From contig NC_088855.1 in assembly GCF_963853765.1 (NCBI RefSeq), positions 52,514,001-52,578,000 of the forward strand: 64,000 nucleotides of DNA, written 5' to 3'. Origin of the DNA: Magallana gigas. Its lineage: Eukaryota. Position numbers and translations under genes: made by a program. This document shows, in pieces, positions 1 through 13,050 of the stretch. Within the stretch, counting starts at the first letter, position 1. Each line of letters opens with the position of its first letter. The notes beneath the pieces were generated by a model. It made no database searches, was not told where the DNA came from, and was given only the letters and a program-made list of their open reading frames with translations.

Positions 1-2218
1 ATATACATTTCAAGAGGGGGGGGGGGGCTTTATAGTCCTAATTAGTTTGCCAGTTATTCTGTCCCCACTTTGTTTTCTCTTCGTTTTCCAGTTTTTTTTA
101 TTTGGCTCGGCAAATTAATATAAAACTTTCTGTGTAGCTCCATAACGATGCACTGTAGATAAATTATTAGTAGTTTTACTTTTGATAAACAGGTACATAT
201 CCGTACTTGAATTTCAATTTGACTCTTATAATCGGATTTAATATTCCAATAAATATAGGGTAGGAAGAGTAGACGGGACTTTTTTGCGCATATCCTACTG
301 TACCATTCATTCAACACAGGTATTAGCACTCATCGAGCTCGACTTGCTTTCCTTTTTTTCATCCACTGGATTTAAAGCTATTAATTTTTGAAAATATTTT
401 GAATTTATGGCCTGAGATTATATATAAATTAGAGCTGAGCTGGTGCATCTATTTACCCAAATGGACCAAAATATATCCAAATGAATCTAAAAATTTTGAC
501 ATAATTAGTTTTAAACGTACGACTCTTTTTCAATTCTAATCGGGTATGTCCTTTAGAAAAATCTTGAACCACACACATTTTAGCAAATAAAACGACAATT
601 GTTTCATTTTTTTATGGGGAGGGAGGTGGTGCCGGTAAAGGACATGTATTGCTTGTGGCAGTTGTGCTATACTCTCATTTGTTATAATAGGTAATACTAC
701 ATATTGATATAAAATGAAAGTTTCCAATTACACTGTACATAGCTTCTATCATGCATTTTGACCCGTGCGATAGTTTAAAACAATTTTCAAAGCATTTAAT
801 GTAATTCAACCGATCATTTTTGAAATTTAATTTTCTGGATCCCCGCCTGATACGTCCGCCTTCTTGTATATTAGAATTACATGTACGTTGACCATATGTA
901 CACATTAACTTAATCGGCTATGTTATGGGACGATACATTTGTTATCAATGTTTTTGCAGGATAGGTAACAAATAACAGCCTATTTGTGGGTTTTTGCACT
1001 GATTATTTGAGATAATTTGCCGCCACCTTTTATGCATTCCACACACCACTCACAGTTTCTTTATTTGGTGTTCTGTGTGTATGGCGACAAATTGGTAAAT
1101 TTTCACCACTCACCCCTTGTAGCTTCATCCTGATTACATTTTATCTGGCTAAGTGTAATGAAGTAGTATATTAAATACACATAACTTTGTTTGCAGTGCT
1201 TATTTACATCTTTAGAGATTTACTTACAAAAAAAGTAAACATCTGTATGTAATTATTGTCAATTTTGGTGCGGGGGGGGGGGGGGGGGGGGGGTAGGAAA
1301 CTACAGAGAAACTTAACTTGGCTGTGAAACATATGCTTTTATTCTTTCTTGTTGATATATCAATAAATAAATTATAACAAAATACATGTACAACAATTAA
1401 TTTTGAAATATTCATGCACAATCAAATTTTTAAAAAGTTTTACTGTTTTCTGCACAAGAAATCGGCAATGTGAGCAAATGGCACCCTATCATCCCTACCT
1501 TTAATTGTAGAGAGTAGGTATCCTTCTATATTGAAAACAATTCCAAAAGTAAGACTCATAATAAGTTGTTTACTGAGGAAAAGGAAAAAAAAATTGTATT
1601 TATTAAAAATTCCGTATGATGTGATAATATCTCAATGATTTGTTTATAATCATAGTACTAGTGTATCACTGTATGCATACATAAAAACAATAAGTAATGC
1701 TTATATTTATTAGTGAAACAGGATAGATTATTTATATTTAGATTATTTAGATACATGTACTAATCTTCATGCGGGGATCTAGAAAGGAGGGGGTAAGGGG
1801 ATCTGGACCCCCTCCTCGGGAAAATTGGAGCTTATTAAATTAACATAGTAAATTTTTTTTTAAAATTGGCCTAGGACCCCCTACATAAAAAATTAGCTAC
1901 GCTTATGAAGTTCTCTACCATAACCGCATTTTTACACAAAAGGGGTGAATAAACCCGGGTTTTAAACTATTACTGGTGGTGAAATACCACAGGGTTCAAA
2001 CGCATCAGGTGGAAATGCAAAATTCAAAATAAAAATCGCTGTATCTTTTGAAAACAACTTCAAAATCATATGATTTTTTGCATACTTATTTTCATTTGGT
2101 AGCGATTTAATAAAACATACGTCGTCATACAAAGTACACAGTAATTTTGCCGTATATCACTTTGTCCACGAACTTTCTAACAACCCTCGTACATCATGAA
2201 AAGAAGATGGGTGGATAA

Positions 2219-2920
2219 GGCGTGTAAAATGCCCATACGCGGTCGGACAGGCTACTGAAAAATTAAAGTATCAATAAATCTGATTGGTTTTTTTTTTAAT
2301 CATTTAAAACAATATATATTTAACGAGTCATTGATTTTTAACCTAAAGGTGTGTTCAATACTTGGAATATGTTGACTCAAACAGGCGTATACGTATCAAA
2401 TCCTGCAAATACTGTCATTTTTTTAGAACTTCAAGGCATTTTCTTTTATAGAGTGGGTCTGTGCTCCATATTTTTCTCATAGTCTAATTAAGGTCTGTTG
2501 GAAAACAAACCGATTTCAATCAATAAAAACGCGTAGAGATGAGCCACTATACTCAAAAATTATCATTTTGTATCCCAACAATTGAACGTTTTGAAAATAT
2601 AATACAAGTCCGGTAGTTCGTGGCCTTAGTCACACATAATATTTAAAAAGCCCATTTTGTTGTGTCTGAAATGGCTCAGTGGTTAGAGTACCTGGCATAA
2701 GCTAACCTTATATATCTAGGCTTTTTATGTTACGGGTTCGATACCACCAAAATTTCCAACAATATTTTTTTTCTTATTTTTTGTTAAATATATTAAAAAC
2801 TGACTATAGTTAGAAATTTTGCTTTTGCAAAGTTGTATTATAATATATTTGAATAGATTTAATTGGGGAAAATAAATTCAAAAGTGTATTTCACTACTAA
2901 GCCGAATGGGCATTTACGCC
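2219..2920. mobile_element. Probable non-autonomous DNA element with imperfect inverted ends and an internal tRNA-like segment
   Basis: Left ggcgtgtaaaatgcccatacgcgg versus right gccgaatgggcatttacgcc (imperfect inverted match). Internal A-box-like tggctcagtggttagag (2672) and B-box-like ggttcgatacc (2735). No TSD resolved. Confidence 0.35.
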
Positions 2921-5229
2921 ATCATATTCCCCCATCTTCTTTACTATGAGGAATATAAAATCATTTCAGAACGAGAGAGAGCAAGCATGCTCTAGTGCGA
3001 GTTAATCAGAGGGGTCCATTTCATCCAGTTTTTATTGAGCCTATCCATCTCACGTCTTCCCTTTGCACAGAATTGTAATACTTAATATAATTTTTTACAT
3101 CATTTATAAGGGCGTTTACTGTTAGTTGATTTTCTGGCCTCTACTTCTGTATTTGTATTATTTCACATAATGAGCACTATATTGAACACCTTTGACATCA
3201 CACCTTCTAAAATATCAAAATTGAAAATTAAATGTGTTATCGTCAACGTCTTTTCTAATTCTTTTTGAGTTGCAAACTTTAACAAATTCTTCTAGTAATT
3301 ATCGTACCTTTAGATAATCTCTGAAGAAGTGATATATTGTTTCCTCGTGGATTCATAGATTAATATCTATTTTACAAATTTGTTTATGGTTAATATAATT
3401 GTTGAGTCTGTACTGCAATCATTTAAATAATTTTGAGTCTGGGTAATAGTAAAAAGGTAGACAAAAGCTTGTAACCTATTGCTTTTCAGTAATAACAAAA
3501 TGCTTGCTCCATTTTCCTTTCTTGTAATTTTGGTGTTACATTAGTCTCTTATAATATATCAGACATCGGGTTTGAAGCCATTTTGTTAAAACAAAGGTTT
3601 AAAAGTTTCATTTCTTATGATGTTGTGTCCTCTTAAATCTGACAATACAGCTTGTATTACTTACATACATGTATATGTGAATAATAATTAATTTGAATAT
3701 TAAATTTCAGGTAGGAGTCTTTTCTGGTTTTCGACTTGTCAAACGTAAATCTGATAAATTTTTCATTAAATCAAGATGAAAGGAAATTAAAATAGTATAT
3801 TTTTCTTTCTTTTTTACTATCATACAACTTGGCATAGAAAAAGTAATCAATGTTTAGAATATAACAAGGACTATATTTTTGGCGTAATATTGGCGTAGGA
3901 AAATATCACATGTTTCGCAATTCAGAATTGCTGCAGATTAATGAGTTTGTTTTAGCATTTTAAAAACAATAACATCAATGTGGGATTTTTTTTTCTAATG
4001 TGAACTAATGATATGATACTTGGTTTTCAGAATAAGTTTTAAAAATATGATTTGCCTATCAAATTACAATTTCATAAGCTTTTTAAAGCGCCAATTCTAT
4101 GCATTGATTTTTGTGAAAAAAATCACGAAAATCAGTTTTTCACTCTTATTAAATGGTCATATATTACCTTTTCTGTGAATTCATATCTTTATATAAAGTC
4201 TTCATAATACATAAAAATCAGAATATCAATTTTAGTAGAAATATTTATTCCAATTTAGTAGAATAAGCTGATAAAAATTTTGATATTCTATCATTTCATT
4301 GAAGAATAGAATCTTCAAATCTTACACAAATGTCTACAAAACTACGAAGAGCTACAGCTATTTTATCATCCTTTACGTTGAGGAAAAAGGTATTGACCTT
4401 GGCCTGACCTTTATGCGAAAACAAAAAGGTCAAATTTGATTAAACTGATAGAATCATTTGGTAATATGATCCGTTTGGCTGTGTCAAAATTTCATGAATT
4501 TCTTATTATAAGAAGTATGTTTGATAACGAGAAGACTCCTTCCTTCAATTTTCAAACGTTTTCATTGTCATCGAATAAGTCTATTACGCATCGTACTCCT
4601 TTGAGTTACCAAGCTTTATTTAAAAGGACTCTGATTTCCTTTTTGAATTTATTATTGTTTTGCAATAGCTTGCAATTGTAGTCACGCCGAGATTAACCAA
4701 TCGATTTATCTCAAATTTCTTTCAAAGCTGTGATGACTTCTTTCCAAAATTAATTTCTGTAATGTTCCTGCATTTCCAACATACACTCTGATCCTGTATT
4801 TAATGGCTTTTCTATGTTAATGGTATTCTCCAATAATGTTTTCCATTTTCAATTATTATCCTTAGTTAATCTCCTAATAAGTAGACTTCAGTTCTTAAAT
4901 ATAGGAATTTAATGAAACCATCCTTAACCCACCATGTTTATGCTTTTGAGAAAACACTTGTCTTTTAACTTTATTATATTTTCAATAAACAAAACTGAGT
5001 ATAATATTATTTAATTATTCCTGCATTTTCTAAAGAAAGTTCGGGTATATCGTTGTTACCCTGTTCCGTCCGTCCGTCCGTCCGTCCGTCCGTCTGTCAT
5101 GTTTTACTTTCTCAAACTGCTCTTACATCCTATAAACCAGCAAACTGAACTCTTGGAGTTTGATTTGGGGTGTCATGTTGTTTTGTAAAAAGGTTTAAAC
5201 AATTCTAATTCTAAAATTAAGTAAAGTAG

Positions 5230-5770
5230 TCCTGGGGGTCAAATAATTGGTAAAAAAATGACGTTTTTAACAAAAAATCTTCTTCCTCGAACTCCTCCTA
5301 CAATTTCAACAGTAAACAAATCATCTCTTGAAATATGTTTTAGGGTATTCTATAGATGCGCAATAAGGTTTAGGAATTCTCAATTTTGTCCTGGGGGTTA
5401 TTTAATGGCTGAAAAATTGATACAAAAAACTGGTTTCAAAACGTCATTTTTTTTTGTTTTGCAGTAGCCAAATGATCTTCTAGAATATGATAAGGGGTGT
5501 CATATTGAAGTGTGATCAGGTTCCAGATTTTTTTTTTATTAAGGGGATTAGATGGCAACAAAAAGTGACGTTTTTTTGCAAAAAAAGTATGGTTCCCAGA
5601 ACTCCTCTTACAACGTCATCTCTTGGGATATAATTGGGGCTGTCCTATTGATGTGCAATAAGGTTTTAAAATTTTTAATTTCATCCAGGGAGTCAAATAG
5701 TAGCAAAAAATTGACGTTCATCAATCCAAAAAAACCATAGATCCTAGAACTCCTCCTATGATTTAATGGA
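5230..5770 (+). repeat. Degenerate ~150-170 bp tandem repeats inside the HINE-like element (satellite-like core)
   Basis: Recurring aaaaaatgacgtttt...cc(t/c)agaactcctc...atcatctcttg...tatagatg(c/t)gcaataaggttt blocks near 5255, 5430, 5560 and 5710; mirrored at 32750-33230. Confidence 0.55.
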
Positions 5771-6299
5771 TAAACACATCATATCTTGGGATATGATAGG
5801 GAATGTTCTATAGATGTGCATTACGGTTTAAAAAAAATTAAATTTAACCCTGAGGCCCATTACCTACATACCTTTTTATGCCATTTAAGGATCAAGAAAA
5901 TATATGTTAAGGGCTGGGGTGGGGATCTCAACCGTTTTCGAGATATTTTTGCACTTCCTGTTCAAGGTGGGTCATGACCACCCCTAGGGCCCATGACCTA
6001 CATGCAGTTTGATGCCCCTTGACACAAGGAACAAGAATATATATGGTTTAAGGGTGGGGATCTCAACTGTTTTGAAGATATTAAGGGACTTGCTGTTCGA
6101 GGGGGGTCAGGACCACCGACAGGGCCCATGACCGACATAACATTTGATGCCCCTTGACACCAGAAACAAGAATTTATATGGTTTAGGGGTCATGATTATA
6201 ACAGTTTCTGAGATATATTGTAATTTCCAATTCCTAGGGGGTGGGGATGACCCCAGGGGTCAGATCTAATAAACCCTATATATATATATTGCCAGTAAC

Positions 6300-6635
6300 G
6301 GTCAATATATGATTATGAAAACCCTTTATCATTATCTTTGTCCGTTTTCAAGTTACCATTTACGATTGAGTCTACGATTCTTCCTACAAGCCCCCCCCCC
6401 CCCCCCCCCCCCGAAAAGTGGTTGTCTAACCCAAAATGAGAAAAATCAAACCAGGGTGCACAACTACATATGCAGGCCAATCGTATCCTAGAGTTTTGTA
6501 CAATTCTGTTCAGCCATCTCTGAGAAACAATTTAATAGCGGGAAAGAAGAAAAAGAAGATGAAGTATAATAATACATGCAATAAGAACCTTACAAAAACA
6601 ATAAGTCTCCAAATTATTTCATTCAGGAGACTTAA
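6300..6635 (-). mobile_element. Second HINE-type element nested in opposite orientation inside the composite
   Basis: Hairpin aagtctcc...ggagactt at 6603-6633 next to a (TTC/TTA)-rich microsatellite. The same module is at 31541-31800 in the right copy. The far boundary is approximate. Confidence 0.5.
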
Positions 6636-8209
6636 GAATAAAGATTAAATAGAGATAGGATCATAAAACATCAATAATTCAAAGATAATTGACAATTTCT
6701 GATTCTAAGGGGGTCATGACTTACATGCCATAATGATCTCATGTGCCATGATCTAAGGAGGAATACTATCTTTGGATTAAGGTGGGGATCTCAATGGTTT
6801 TAATGATATTTGATAATTTCAGGAAGAGCACTTGGGATCATGACCTACATACCATCTGAAATGCCTTGAACAAAGAAACAATAATATAATATGTACATCA
6901 TATATGATTCAATTTAAAAACCCAGATATAGATCAATAATACATGTTTTGTAATGCTTCCTATGTATATATACATGTATTAGTTTGTGTTTTGGTCTTCA
7001 AGTCATGTTCATGACTGTAGTATGGCTTAGTCTTATTTTAAATTACATTAAGAAATTATTGTCAAATATATGACTTGGAACTCCCACCCCCAAACAAACT
7101 CAAATATAAACTGTTGCCCCTCCCTTTTATTGTTGAATGATCTTTTAAAATAAAAATATAAATTGGGGTCTAAAAAGTTTGATAAACTGGTAAAAATGTT
7201 ATTCTTAAAAACAATTACATTACACCTTGCATAATTGACAATGATCTATTGAGATATGATCAGAAGTCATATTTCTACCTTAGGATCAATAACTAATATT
7301 CATTGACAAGTTAAAATTAATAACAATAAATGATTCAAATTATAAATGTTTATACTCCACATCCAACCCCCCCCCCCCACCCCACCAATCAAACCTGGTT
7401 CTAAAGATTCAGTCTTCTTACATTCTTACATGTGTACAGTAGCAATTTCTTGATTGCTTTTTCTCTCCTAATGCACATTAACATTTTGGAAATTGCTTAA
7501 TTCAATTTTTAAGATTTAGAAACAAAATGTTATATGCATGTGTATTCGCCTATTTGGGGCATTTGTAAAGTCTTCTTAACAAAGCAGTGTCATCATTACG
7601 CTATGAATTACCCACATGGATCAAACACTACATACGAATGAGATAAAATACTTTATCATATCTAGTTTTAGAATGTCAGGGTGTCTCCAAGGGGGCATAA
7701 CTTATATACAACTTGATGCGCAATGACACAGGGAGCAAGAATAAATTATATGGTTTAGGAATGAGGATCTCAGAAGTTAACAAAATATACAGTGTATCAT
7801 CATTTTCTATTTCATAAAGGGGAGGGGGTTTAAAGACAACACCTGGGGGTCTTGTAGCTTTACACCATTTGATGCATCATAATGACATTAGAAGATATTT
7901 TGTATTTTCCTGTTTCATGGGGTCAGAACAATCCCATAAAGTCATGTCCTACATTGTATTTGATGCATTATAATACATTAAGAAAGAAATACTCCTTCCT
8001 TCATTCCTATTATAACTCATATAAAAATGATAAGACTCTACACTTACTTACATGTAATACACAAATTTAATAAGTAATTGTTTATAAAGGGTCAATATGG
8101 GGTCAACTCAATAGTGTAAGTCTGACAAATTAAAAAATAAATTTTGCAATTAAAATGACAGAAACTTTAAAAATGCGATATGATAGGTAACGATGATAAG
8201 CTTATTTAA

Positions 8210-8691
8210 AGGGGCATGGTCACGATTTTCCTCAAATTCAATTTTACTGTTTTATTATTTACAATGCTTTGGGAATGTATTTCTAATAATCATGTGCAAT
8301 TTGATAGTCAGGCGTAGAGTTTTGAGCCAGATCCAAGGCTCACAATTCTTTGTCATGAAAACAAGGTTCGTTCCTTGTCTTTGTTTTCGTAGGTTCAATA
8401 TACCAGTAAAATATCTTTTTGAGGCTGATTTGTCTATCTTCTTTTTCATTTTAAGCAAAAATAAACAATATCTAACGTTTAACACAATCATTTCAGGTCT
8501 GGAATTTTCACTTCAACATTTAAAATGTAAACAAATGTTTTGTTTATATAGCAAAGAATTATAAGCTCTACTCACTTATAACTCAACGGACGATACTCAA
8601 ATTTTAGTTGCCTATTAAAATGCCTTACTGAAACATTGTAAACATTAAAATCTGACAAATAATTTTTGATCAAAATCGTGACCATGCCCCT
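8210..8691. mobile_element. MITE with TTAA target-site duplication (Kolobok-like non-autonomous)
   Basis: 20-bp perfect TIR AGGGGCATGGTCACGATTTT / aaaatcgtgaccatgcccct. TTAA flanks at 8206-8209 and 8692-8695. The paralogous empty site at ~30105-30120 has a single TTAA. Confidence 0.9.
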
Positions 8692-8962
8692 TTAAATATT
8701 AAAAGATGATAATACAGTATGCTGTCAAAGGGAGATCAATTATTTAGAAAGTGAAAGTAATACTTATGTATGCTGGCGTCTCATTATATTGTGCTACTAA
8801 AATACATGTATTATGCTTACCTATATTGGTCAACATCAAAATGATAATCCAATATCCGCGCTTCGAGTTCATCCTGAACAACGTTTTTATTCGTTGTTTA
8901 ATCACGCCAGGTCAAAAATGTACCAAAAAAGTAAACTTCCGGTTTTACGGCGTCTCATAACT

Positions 8963-9716
8963 ATGACTGAACGAATTCATTTTTACGGGTTTCAAGTACC
9001 AGATCTAAAGAAGTATCTGCAAGAAAGGGGTGTAAGTTGCAGTATAGGCAAGAAAATAGACCTTGTGCGCTTGTGTGAGCTTGCAGAGGAACTTCGTCTT
9101 GAGGTAATCGTTCGTTCACTGAAGCCTGATTAAAAGCTAATTTTGACATTCGTAGTCAGAGCGACGAAAATAATAGTACCTATCATACATTTTATAAATA
9201 ATTCAAATTCATATTTTTCATGGATGTTTTGTTGTGTAGTATAACCGGTTAAACACATAATCATTCTGTGCAATGATGGTTTTAGGTTTTGACATCTGCA
9301 AATGACGAAGAAGAGTACTCTGTGTTTGATGCAAGGCGCAGGACGGTGGCAGTGGGGAACAACAAAATTATTTTAGACCCTGTAAATGCCGTGACCGAGT
9401 GGTAAGACTTTCATTTTCACACTTTTTATAAAATTGTTTCTATTGACCATGTTGACAAAGCTTATTAGTATTTATACATCAAACTAAACAAAATGGGGTT
9501 AACACACACTTAAACCCACTTGAGTTTTCACAAAGTGAACTGAGCATTTTCATAGCATTGGAAATTTAAATACTATCTATATAGTGTATACTACTTTTGC
9601 AGGAGTAAGGATTTGGCCAGTGGACCAGACTTTGAATCGTGTGATGTGCTGGTATACTTAATGAGATGGTGTGGGTGGACTCACGACTGACTAGGACTTT
9701 ATAAGCAGGATAATGG
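8963..9716 (+). pseudogene. 5' remnant of the transposon's second gene (SAP-like N-terminus; likely the YqaJ-type exonuclease ORF of ISL2EU)
   Basis: Spliceable exons 8963-9103, 9286-9401 and 9603-~9716 give MTERIHFYGFQVPDLKKYLQERGVSCSIGKKIDLVRLCELAEELRLE-VLTSANDEEE...VTEW-SKDLASGPDFESCDVLVYLMRWCGWTHD*LGLYK. In-frame stop, and no nuclease domain remains. Identity is inferred from known ISL2EU organisation. Confidence 0.55.
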
Positions 9717-11648
9717 GTGACACACCAACCAATGCTTTATAAGTATTATGCTGTTTATAGGAGCTAAATGTCTGAGACTGAGCAGTTGGATTTCTTGGTT
9801 TCTTAATGAAAAATTCAATACAGTCAATAATACAATTTACATTTGGAAACTTAGCTCTGAAAGATGAAGGCATGAATTTTTTCATTACATTTCTGGAAGG
9901 CCATTTTAATAATGGTTTGAATATTGTAAACATGAAATTGATGGTTAAGACTTGAGAAACTCTGGAGGTGTTTACGCCAAATAAATCTGCCATGACAAAT
10001 GTAGTCAAAGCTAGTCGCAATCTGACTAGAGTTAAAACAAACTCCTGAAACCTGCTGAGCTTTCTTTTTGGGCCTGACTTTGTATTTAGACTGTCTTTCT
10101 GATATTTTTTCTTTGCAGCACTCCCTTGTCCTGACCAATACTTCAATGTTGGTGAAGCCTTTTCTAAGTTATCTTAATAGAGAGGAAAATTATTTATATG
10201 AAAATGTTACCTTATTATAGAACATTAGATTATGATTAAGTTTTGTGATATATTAAATAATAAACTACGATCAACTTTTTTTCATGTTGTAAAAAAAAAA
10301 AATAAGTATTTACATTTTCAATATCACTGAATTTATTGTGCACCAGTCCATACCATATACACCATTTAGGATTTTCTTCGATGGTAGTCCAGTATACATT
10401 TGTACATTTTTGTCATCTTTCACAACTTTGTTGACAAAAAGTTCTCTCATGAGTTTCTCGGGATCCTCAAGTTTGGTTGATTTCTCCTCCAGAACCTTGA
10501 TATCTGCAGTAGTGGGTGTTGTTTGGCTTTCTATATCTCTGGTTGACATGTCATTACTGCAAAAGCTGCTACTGATGTAACAGTAGTCCATTTCAACATG
10601 AGTACCTACAGTATATTTTCAATGTAAGTTTTTGTGTAATAAGCTTACCTCTATTTAAAAAGCCAGAATCTAAAAAAAAATCAAAATTTTCACCTGTGAC
10701 AGAAAGAGATCCAACACTTCAATTTCTTGATTAACTGGCCAACTTCCATTCAATTCTCCACTGACTCCAGGAACAAACAATAAATTATCATTATTAATCT
10801 GTGATTGCAGAAAAATAATAATACTTAAATTAAAAAATAAATGAAATCATGCTTTCAAAAGTACATTTTAATTAATCAGAAATGCTAGTATTTTTATTGA
10901 TCTACAATGAAAAATATTTGTGCACAAGTTTTACTACTTAATTTTATATCAGCAAATAATCTTGCATACAAGTACACTTTCACTGGCAGCCAGGGAATCC
11001 ACTGGGGGAGGAACTAAGATTTCAAACTGAGTGTCTTTTACCATACACTGATCCCTCTTAGATATTGAAGTCGTTGAACGCATCTAAATATAACAAATTA
11101 TAAGCAATCAAGACCAGCATGTGTGTCTCTAAATTGTAAATACTCAACACCTTATTAAAATGTTCAAAGCTCAAACAGTTCTCAATTTTGTGTTTAATCC
11201 TACAATATATCATAAATAATTAGCATTTTCCATCTAATTTGATGCAGGTTTTTAGACTTTATATCTTGATATTAACACAAGACACTCGATATACATCCAT
11301 GAAATTGATGAATCATGATACCAGCGTTTGGATGTTTTAGCAATCAAAACCAAAACAAACCTTCAGACTTTCCTTAAAATTATTATATGCAAAGAACTCT
11401 GGGTATGGATGATTTTCTGTTGGTCTGCCTTCCTTAAAATGAAGATAGCATACTCTGTGGTTTCTCTTTGGCTCGTAATTTTCTCTTCTCAAGAGGTCCA
11501 GCAAGCGTTTTCTTAGTGCAGGCGCTTTTTTCTGGGTTGGAAAGGGGTAAAATGCTTACATCTTTCATGTAACCATATCTTCCTCTTTTTTCTCATCAGA
11601 ATTACATTCCTCCGCAACACAAAAATAGGATTTTGTTTCAGACAACAT
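9714..11648 (-). pseudogene. Truncated THAP + HTH + DDE_Tnp_4-type transposase
   Basis: From ATG 11648: CVAEECNSD...PFP...RVCYLHFKEGRP...HPYPE (THAP C2CH, frameshifted). YTGLP motif at ~10380. ORF 9691-10146 has KRKLSRFQEFVLTLVRLRL (HTH) and IIDCIEFFIKKP...SSYKQHNTYKALVGVSP, ending after the first catalytic Asp. Confidence 0.85.
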
Positions 11649-13050
11649 TTGGTAACTATTGTAAACAATTTTTACCAGAAGTAAGCCTGCTGAACATTTT
11701 CTGTAAATCACGTGATCGGTGCGATAAAAAGCAAATAAAAACGGACGTTCCGGATGAACTCGAAACGTGACTATTAAAGCACAATAATGAAATCCTTTAG
11801 CTGATCATCACAAAAGAAATGTTTATGCATGTTAACTAATCCTTTTCTGCATATGGAAAACACATGTACATGTATACGTGAAACCCATCTTATCGAAGAG
11901 CTGGGTAAAACTAGTACCCGCTAATGAGACCTGCAGACCTTTGTTGTGTACGTAACTTCAGACAAAGATCAGTTATTTGTAACATGCATGTATTTTTATG
12001 ACCTATTCTTCAAAACCCCTTGCACTATTTTATTAGGTAAATAACAGCTTTATGGTGGTGAAGGACACCTGCATATTGTGGTGTATACTTCCTATTGAAA
12101 TAAACAATAACGTATAAATATAATATTTACCCCCAAAATAATGTCACCTAACATTGAATCGCAATAGGTTAGAACGTCTACATGTCTGTAAGAGCATTGG
12201 TGTCCAAGGTGTATTTTTGGTAATTTTACTATTGATATAAATGAATTTTCATGGGGAGGGGGGAGGGGGAGGTCTGGACCCCTCACTCCCACCCCTTATC
12301 TAAATCTGTGCACACGATGATGTACATGTAGGCTCACAGAAGCAAATATAAAGCCGGCAACCGCAACCTACATAAATCACGAAAAATAGCTATCGGCACG
12401 AACAATTGATATTGTCAAATATTCGGCACCATTTTGTTGATTCTATTCAGTGCTTTTTATCTGGGCCGTACATAATACTACCAAAATGTTTACTATTAAA
12501 ACCAAAATTAAAATAATTCTTCGTCATTGGATTGTATACGCTTTCCTAATGTATATTTAGTACCCATCCTATACAGCTCTAATTTTGTTTTGTAGACCAT
12601 TTTGAATCTACATTAATATGAGTAATAACTGTAAATACTTGTAATTCTAATATAGATTTTCTCCTGAGGAAGAAGGACGACGACGGTCTTAATTCAGCTA
12701 TGTAGAATATCAAATCAAAAGACTTAAGCTTTCATTATGAAAAGCATTTGTGTAAAAACAGTACTAGTAATTGTATCAATCACTTTGGGAATTAATAAGC
12801 TTACTTTTTATTCTGGTATTTTTTATGCAAAGCAAAATTTAAGTTAGAAATTATGTGGATGTATACAATGGGACTATAAAAAGACAAAAGGCAACGATCA
12901 AAATGAGTTTCGCGATAAGCAAAATAAAACTTTAGTTTTCGGTATAAAAGCCTTTAATGTATAATTGAAAAGTACCAATAATCCCTTCCATTTCTATATT
13001 GCCGTTACCTACTGCACTAGGTACAATGGTTTGCGTTTGTATAACTAGTC

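Larger units (their letters stand above)
8854..11772. mobile_element. Internally deleted ISL2EU-type (PIF/Harbinger-related) DNA transposon
   Basis: Imperfect ~40-bp TIRs (atccgcgcttcgagttcatcctgaac / gttccggatgaactcgaaacgtgact). AT dinucleotide on both sides, and the empty site at ~29948 has a single AT. Contains two convergent intron-containing gene remnants. Confidence 0.8.
5015..12372 (+). mobile_element. Composite Helentron/HINE-like non-autonomous element, left copy (~4 kb core plus two later insertions)
   Basis: 5' hairpin (ttctaaagaaagttcgggtata) followed by (GTCC)n at ~5066-5095 and internal degenerate tandem repeats. The 3' end ccggcaaccgc is at ~12355-12365. Collinear by eye, in reverse complement, with 29357-33405 once 8210-8691 and 8854-11772 are removed. 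Confidence 0.75.

Noticed and set aside
54-1421. Short ORFs in the first 1.5 kb and other 60-100 aa ORFs lying in repeats
   Set aside because: AT-rich, no recognisable motifs or splice-compatible partners, and many overlap repeats or are antisense to real exons.
2672-2750. Functional tRNA gene (also 54714-54770)
   Set aside because: Only A/B-box-like motifs are present; acceptor and anticodon stems cannot be formed.
3880-4700. Possible MITE with tgacctt motifs
   Set aside because: Repeat-like, but no convincing TIR pair or TSD could be defined.
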